From NCBI GenBank assembly GCA_916438625.1, contig CAKAFE010000001.1, positions 658,445-722,444 of the forward strand: 64,000 nucleotides of DNA, written 5' to 3'. This document shows, piece by piece, positions 57,714 to 64,000 of the stretch (position 1 is its first letter; the number at the start of each line of letters is the position of its first letter). A program made the translations under genes and the position numbers. Under the pieces are notes generated by a model. That model made no database searches and was not told where the DNA came from. It saw nothing but the letters and a program-made list of their open reading frames with translations. This DNA is from an uncultured Selenomonas sp. GTDB lineage: Bacteria; Bacillota; Negativicutes; Selenomonadales; Selenomonadaceae.

Positions 57714-58992
57714 ATGAAAGGAGTTATTGTTGCTGATGATCTGACGGGAGCGAATGCTTCTGGTGTACTCCTCAAAAAGCTCGGTCTTAGTGTCAGTAGT
57801 CTTTTTCGCTTGAACAGCGCGTCGGCGCATGAGGCTGATGTGCTCGCCTACTCGACGGCGAGCCGTGGACTGCCTCCTGAAGAAGCGTTTCAACGTGTCA
57901 AGGAAGCTTTTTTGCAACTGAAAACAGGTGGTGAGTTCTTTAACAAACGCATCGATTCGACGCTGCGCGGCAATATTGGCGCAGAAATCGACGGGGGACT
58001 GGCTGCCTTGGGAGATGATTTCACAGCGATCGTCGTTCCTTCTTATCCTGATTCTGGGCGTATTGTTGCAAAACCGAACGATGCTCGTGAACGGTGTGCT
58101 TCTGACGGAGTCTGATGCGGGCGTGACCCGAAGATGCCTGTTGCATCGGATGACGTCGTGGACATTATTGAACAGCAAACGCGCCACAGAGTGTACTGTT
58201 TTCCGTTGAAGACTTTGGCGCAGAGCATAGATTCCCTTGCGGCAGCCATCAGCGAGGCGGCGCAAGCGGCTCGTATCCTCGTCTTTGACGCCGTGCGCAA
58301 CGAGGATGTGCAGAAGATTGCCAAAGCGGTTCTCGCCAGCGGCTGCCGAGTGCTGACGGTCGATCCGGGCCCTTTGACCATGCAGATTGTTTACGAGATG
58401 CAGGGTGAAGGAGAAACGCGAGCAGAAGGTCTTGCTCGTCATCGGCAGCGTGACAGCGACAACGAAACGACAGATTGCTGATTTGCTGCAAAAAAGGCGT
58501 GTGTTTTTCGCCGACATGCATGTGGAGGAATTCTTTGCGCGGGGGCGGAGAGAAATGGAGGTTCGGCGTGTCGTCGATAAGGTCTGCGCCGCCGTTGACA
58601 GCGAAGATATCCTCTTGTTGACGACGACACCCCTTTCCGATGAGGCATCGCTCGATCTCAAGGCGACGGCGAAGGAACTCGATATCACATCGGAAGAGGT
58701 GTCATGCATCCTTTCCAACACTCTGGCGCAGGCGGCGAGCGAGGTTTTGGAAAAGAGTCGGAAGATCGAGGGCGTTTATTGCTCAGGTGGCGATATCACG
58801 ATCGCACTTTTGAATCAGCTCGAGGCTGACGGCATTGATGTACGCGACGAGGTACTGCCGCTCGCTGTCTATGGACGCATCCTTGGTGGTCGTCTGCCGA
58901 AGCTGCGCATTGTGACGAAGGGAGGAATGATTGGCGGTAATGATGCGATTGGGCTTTGCTTGGATAAAATCGCCAAGGATATTGCCCGGTGA
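57714..58992 (+). CDS. Four-carbon acid sugar kinase (DUF1537, DtnK-like; frameshifted)
   Basis: ADDLTGA, KRIDSTLRGN, SGGD, VTKGG. Confidence 0.88.
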
Positions 58993-59038
58993 TGGTTGAA
59001 GCTGCAAAAGGAGTGTTGTGCGTATGGAAAAGAATGTG

Positions 59039-60036
59039 ATGGGAAAAGCCGCTCATCGGAGTGCCTATGGGGATCCTGCGGGAGTCGGCGCAGAAATCGT
59101 TGTCAAGTCCTTGCTTGACAAGAAAGTGACGGATGCTGCGAAGGTTGTCGTCGTTGGAGACAAAGGAGCGATGGAGCAGGCGGTCGATGTCTGCAGCGCG
59201 AAGATGAGTATCCGGATAATCGAAGACACGGTCGATGCCGTTGATGAGACGGGAGTCATCAATCTCATCGATCTCAAGAATGTCGACATGACGTGCTTGA
59301 AGATGGGGGAAGTTCAAGCGATGTGTGGACAGGCGGCGTTTGATTACATTGAGAGATGCGTGGGACTTGCGATGGCGCACAAGATCGACGCGATAGCCAC
59401 GACGCCGATCAACAAGAGTCGCTGCGTGCAGCGAAGATTGACTATATCGGACATACGGAAATTCTTGGTGGTTTGTCCGGATCACGTGATCCTTTGACGA
59501 TGTTCGAGGTCGACGAGATGCGCGTATTCTTCCTCACACGCCATATGTCGCTTCGAGATGCCTGTGATGCCATTACGAAGGAACGTGTGCTTGAGTATAT
59601 CCGCCGCTGCACGAAGGCATTGAAGCAGCTCGGCGTCCAAGGCAAGATGGCGGTCGCGGGACTCAATCCGCACTCGGGTGAGCATGGACTCTTCGGATGG
59701 GAAGAGGTCAAGGAGATCGCTCCCGCGGTGGAAGAGGCGCAGAAGGAAGGATATGATGTCGTAGGTCCGATCGGACCGGATTCCGTCTTCCATCAGGCGT
59801 TACAGGGACGCTATCAGGCGGTGCTGTCGCTCTATCACGACCAAGGTCATATAGCGACAAAGACATATGATTTCGAACGGACGATTGCCGTCACGCTTGA
59901 CATGCCGTTCCTGCGCACGTCAGTTGATCACGGTACGGCGTTCGACATTGCGGGCAAGGGAATCGTGAGTGCTGTGAGCATGGTGGAAGCCATCCGTCTC
60001 GCAGCGAAATATGCCCCGCATTTCAAGGAAGGATGA
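59039..60036 (+). CDS. pdxA: PdxA2 / D-threonate-4-phosphate dehydrogenase-like (start approximate, frameshifted)
   Basis: [44 protein letters not shown]. Confidence 0.88.
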
Positions 60037-60046
60037 GGAGAAGATT

Positions 60047-60160
60047 CCGCAAAGTGTACGCTCGAACGTGCGCTTTGTGGATATTGTGCGCCGCCCTTGC
60101 ATGAAATCAATCGATGGGTCAGTGACTGCGGCGTGACTTCTTGAGGTTTCATTAGCAGAA
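60047..60160 (+). repeat. Diverged copy of the composite hairpin repeat
   Basis: ctttgtggatattgtgcgccgccctt matches 22484-22509; followed by atgaaa..ggtca..tgact..tttcat. Confidence 0.75.
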
Positions 60161-60193
60161 GAAAATGTTTTTTGAACAAGGAGATGAATCCTT

Positions 60194-61559
60194 ATGGCTG
60201 CAGAAACGCAAATCCTTATAGGTCTTGGCATTGGTATAGTCTGCTTGATTTTTATGATCATGAAGACCAAGATTCATACGTTCTTGGCGTTGATTTTGGC
60301 AACTGTCCTCGTCGGTGTGATCGGTGGCATCGAGTTTAAGCAGATTGTTGCGAGTATTACGAAGGGATTTGGCGGAACGCTGGGGAGTATCGGCATCATC
60401 ATCGGCTTCGGCGTCATGATGGGGCAGTTGTTTGAAGTCTCGGGAGCGGCGAAGCGCATGGCACTTTGCTTTCTCAAACTCTTCGGCAAAGGGCGTGAAG
60501 AAATCGCCATGGCGTTGACGGGTTTTTTGGTTTCCATCCCGATTTTCTGTGATTCTGGTTTTGTCATCTTGACTCCTTTGGCAAAGGCGATTTCTACGGA
60601 AACGCGAAAGTCGATCGTTTCCATCGGTGTCGCACTCGCCACAGGTCTCGTCATCACGCATACGATGGTACCGCCGACACGGTGCCCTGTGGGGGTTGCG
60701 GGTATTTTCGAAGTCAGTGTCGGCTCCTTGATTCTCTGGGGGCTCGTACTCGCTGTGCCGATGCTCATCGGTCCTTTGCTCTTTGCAAAGTGGGCGGGCG
60801 AGCGGATCTGGCAGATTCCAACTGCGGATGGTGGCTGGACGCGTGACAGGTCGTACGTCGCTTCAGGGAGCGGAAACAGCATCTATGATGACGCGCATCT
60901 GCCGTCCGCGGTCATCTCGTTTGCGCCGATCGTCGTGCCGATTCTCTTGATTCTAGCGGGCACGGTGGCGGCTGCCGTGGGCATGAAGGGGCAGGTCGCT
61001 GACATCATTCAGTTTTTCGGGACGCCGGTCATTGCCGTGGGCATCGGACTTTTGCTGACGATTTACGGTTTGACGAGTAGCCCTCGATAGGAAGCGCGTC
61101 TTGGAGGAAATGGAAACGGGCATCAAGTCGGCGGGCATCATCATCCTCATCACAGGTGGCGGTGGCGCTTTCGGCATGTTGATCCGCGACAGCGGTGTCG
61201 GCACAGTCATCGCTGAAGCCATGCTGCAGACGAGCATCCCCGCCATCTTGTTGCCGTTCTTCATCGCGACATTCATCCGCTTTATCCAAGGCAGCGGCAC
61301 TGTGGCGATGATCACGGCGGCATCGATTACAGCGCCGATCGTCGCGAACCTATCGGTGAATCCCGTATTCGCAGCACTTGCTGCGTGTGTTGGATCGCTT
61401 TTCTATTCGTACTTCAACGACAGCTTCTTCTGGGTTGTCAATCGTTCCATTGGCATCACCGAAGGCAAGGAGCAGCTGCGCCTCTACTCTGTTGCCAGTA
61501 CGATTGCTTGGGCGACCGGCATCGTTGTGCTTTTGATTTTCAATGCAATGTTCGGTTGA
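60194..61559 (+). CDS. GntP-family permease (frameshift ~61078)
   Basis: KGFGGTLG, IPIFCDSG, ITGGGGAFG, QGSGTVA, NDSFFW. Confidence 0.9.
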
Positions 61560-61579
61560 TATCCTTTATGATTTTGCTG

Positions 61580-61613
61580 AAAGCCACCATGCCGCACGAG
61601 CATGGTGGCTTCT
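61580..61613 (+). terminator. Hairpin after permease
   Basis: aagccaccatgc / gcatggtggctt. Confidence 0.6.
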
Positions 61614-61767
61614 GCATTCTGAAAGAAAAATCGAATGAAGGCGGTCAGAATCCTTTTCGAGAAGGAACGGCTTCATATGCCTTGGTGATCAACGTATGTC
61701 ACGCTGGTTTTCAGAGGGGAATTCTTATACGAAGGCTTTTTGTTTTATGCAGGATTTTTTTGCGAAA

Positions 61768-61797
61768 AGTTAGAATATAGTGAGTTAGAATATAGTG
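61768..61797 (+). repeat. Perfect 15-bp tandem duplication
   Basis: agttagaatatagtg twice. Confidence 0.9.
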
Positions 61798-61833
61798 ATT
61801 GAGGTGTGTGCTTGAATAAAAGGAGTGCGTGAA

Positions 61834-62223
61834 ATGAGGAATAAGATTTTGACTTTGATTGTTGCGATAGCCCTTTTGCTTGTGCAAATTTGTTTTGCTG
61901 CACCAGTGAAGGACGTTCCTCGAGAGGATATCGCTATCGGTGGAATTTATTTTGGCGCCACAAAAGATTACGTTCGAAGTGTTTATGGGGAGCCAGATAG
62001 AGTTTCCTGCAAACAAGGCAATGAGATGGAACCCATGATGCTGGATGTATGGCAGTATGGGGGCACCTTTGCCATAACCTTTGATGCCAAGGACGACAAA
62101 GTGTATAAAGTCAAAAGTACGGGAAAGAATGGACTTAAAATCCCTATGCCAAAACTCATGAGAGCATCGTCCCTACCAAGCAGGCCGATGATGCGCTGCA
62201 TCGGATATCTGCATGGGAGCTGA
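61834..62223 (+). CDS. Hypothetical exported protein, probably truncated
   Basis: Signal peptide, IAIGGIYFGATKDYVRSVYGEP; AT-rich codons. Confidence 0.55.
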   Translation: MRNKILTLIVAIALLLVQICFAAPVKDVPREDIAIGGIYFGATKDYVRSVYGEPDRVSCKQGNEMEPMMLDVWQYGGTFAITFDAKDDKVYKVKSTGKNGLKIPMPKLMRASSLPSRPMMRCIGYLHGS

Positions 62224-62525
62224 TGAATTGGGCGATAACCATTGTTATGGATGATTTGCGGCAGCAGGGGGACAAGATCCTTTCCTTTACGGATGCACCT
62301 GATGTGATGCCACAGCTGTGGTTTGAAGACAAGCGTGGCAATAAGTGCTGGGTTCAGGTTATCGTCAACAAACCGATGAGTATAGCCGATTTCTCCAACA
62401 CGCGCATCGGGGCGCATAAGGGGTATATCGCCGGGGTTTCGATCAGGCCGACCGAGGGAGAGTGCATTTTGTACCGCTCGCATCCAGCAGAGATTGAATA
62501 TAAGGGCTTGCAGCCGCTTGGGTGA
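62223..62525 (+). CDS. Hypothetical protein or C-terminal fragment (frame open from 62139)
   Basis: 100-aa ORF; frame extends upstream as ISAWELMNWAI. Confidence 0.45.
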   Translation: MNWAITIVMDDLRQQGDKILSFTDAPDVMPQLWFEDKRGNKCWVQVIVNKPMSIADFSNTRIGAHKGYIAGVSIRPTEGECILYRSHPAEIEYKGLQPLG

Positions 62526-62601
62526 GGGGGGAAGTTCCTCGCATCCTTGCACTTGCCGCATCTTGCCAAAATCGCGTTCTTATGGTATCCTTTTGTCGAT
62601 A

Positions 62602-62868
62602 AAGGCGATGAGGAAGAGGAGTACGCTGCCGCGGGTGCTTCAGAGAGGGGATGGCTGGTGAGAATCCCTGCGCAGGGCAGCGGAAGGTCGCTTCGGAGCT
62701 TTCGTGCTGAAGCTGTGCGGCGCTTTGCGCTGCTTTGTGCGTAGGTGCGGGCGCGGCGGCGGCGTTATGCCTTTGAGCCGTGGGGCGGAGTTCCTCCCTG
62801 CGGGAAGTTGGGTGGTATCACGGAAGAGGCTCTTCCGTCCTTTCGGGCGGGAGGGCTTTATTTTTTTG
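62602..62868 (+). promoter_or_regulatory. T-box riboswitch (Val)
   Basis: AGAGA and GGTGAGA stem I motifs, GTC specifier after GAAG, GGGTGGTATCACGG T-box, terminator plus T tract; upstream of valS. Confidence 0.92.
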
Positions 62869-62942
62869 CGGGATTCCTGCGGAGAGCGGTGCGCTTGGCG
62901 GCAGGAGTCTTTCGCAGCGAAAAGATCTACGGAGGTTTCAGC

Positions 62943-64000
62943 ATGGAAAAGGACAATATCCCCAAGGTTTATGATCCGCAGTCGTTTGAGAAGAAGTGGT
63001 ACGAGTTCTGGGAGGAGAACCATCTCTTCCATGCCGAGCCGGAGGAGGGCAAGGAGGCGTTTTCCATCGTGATCCCGCCGCCCAATGTGACGGGGCAGCT
63101 CCACATGGGGCACGCGCTCGACAACACCTTGCAGGACATCCTGATCCGCTGGCGGCGTATGCAGGGCTATAATACTCTTTGGATGCCGGGCTGCGACCAT
63201 GCGGGCATCGCGACGCAGGCGAAGGTGGAGGCGGCGCTTCGCGCAGAGGGAACGAACCGCTACGAGCTTGGGCGCGAGAAGTTCGTGGAGCGCGTCTGGC
63301 AGTGGAAGGAGGAGTACGGCAGCCGCATCATGTACCAGCTCCGGACGCTCGGCGCTTCGTGCGACTGGGAGCGCGAGCGCTTCACGATGGACGAGGGCTG
63401 CTCGCGCGCCGTGCGCGAAGTTTTCGTGAGCCTTTACGAGAAGGGGCTGATCTATCAGGGGACGCGCATCACGAACTGGTGCCCGTCGTGCAACACGGCG
63501 CTCTCGGACATCGAGGTCGAGCACGAGACGGAAGCGGGTCACCTCTGGCATCTGCGCTATGCGCTTGAGGACGGCTCGGGCTTCGTGGAAATCGCGACGA
63601 CGCGCCCGGAGACGATGTTCGGCGATACGGGCGTCGCCGTGCACCCCGACGATGCACGCTACAAGGATCTCGTGGGCAAGAACGTCATCTTGCCCATCGT
63701 CAACCGCCCGATTCCCATCTTTGCCGACGAGTACGTCGATCCCGCCTTCGGCACGGGCGCGGTCAAGGTCACGCCTGCGCATGATCCGAACGACTTCGAA
63801 ATGGGGCTGCGCCACGATTTGCCGCAGGTGCGCGTCATAGAGAACGACGGCACGATGTCGGCGCATCTCGGCAAGTATGCGGGACTCGACCGCTACGAGT
63901 GCCGCAGGATGCTCGTCAAAGATCTCGAAGAGGCGGGCGTTCTCGTCTCCACGGAGGAGCATGAGCATGCCGTCGGCCACTGCTCGCGCTGCCATACGAC
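62943..64000 (+). CDS. valS: Valyl-tRNA synthetase (3' truncated; not in ORF track)
   Basis: [42 protein letters not shown]. Confidence 0.97.
   Translation, partial: MEKDNIPKVYDPQSFEKKWYEFWEENHLFHAEPEEGKEAFSIVIPPPNVTGQLHMGHALDNTLQDILIRWRRMQGYNTLWMPGCDHAGIATQAKVEAALRAEGTNRYELGREKFVERVWQWKEEYGSRIMYQLRTLGASCDWERERFTMDEGCSRAVREVFVSLYEKGLIYQGTRITNWCPSCNTALSDIEVEHETEAGHLWHLRYALEDGSGFVEIATTRPETMFGDTGVAVHPDDARYKDLVGKNVILPIVNRPIPIFADEYVDPAFGTGAVKVTPAHDPNDFEMGLRHDLPQVRVIENDGTMSAHLGKYAGLDRYECRRMLVKDLEEAGVLVSTEEHEHAVGHCSRCHT

Overview
High-GC chromosomal window from a diderm Firmicute (Negativicutes, Selenomonas-like). This is inferred from Firmicute-type gene order (yaaR-holB-ricT-rsmI-abrB-metG-tatD, a T-box, SCIFF) together with LPS and outer-membrane genes. 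Order: end of the dcw cluster (murD, murG, murC, ddl, ftsQ, DUF881, sbp, ftsZ); the OM-biogenesis cluster (SpoIVB-like peptidase, mlaEFD, tolC, tamB, sigma factor, bamA, unknown OMP, three Skp paralogues, lpxD, lpxL-like); housekeeping genes; a 14-kb glycosylation locus (three modular glycosyltransferase/acyltransferase paralogues, FkbM, rfbF, ThDP enzyme, epimerase, two relics); scfAB; a three-gene DUF3791-DUF3990-DUF3791-like cassette with an ADP-ribosyltransferase-like core; a four-carbon acid-sugar operon; an AT-rich islet; and T-box-valS. Many genes, including essential ones, are broken by 1-nt indels. These look like long-read assembly errors, so joined gene boundaries are approximate. 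Best leads: the ART-like cassette, a dispersed covarying hairpin repeat carrying a promoter-like motif, the modular GT/branched-sugar locus, and an error pattern at CCWGG/GGNCC that suggests methylation. Family names come from motif recognition; no database searches were run.
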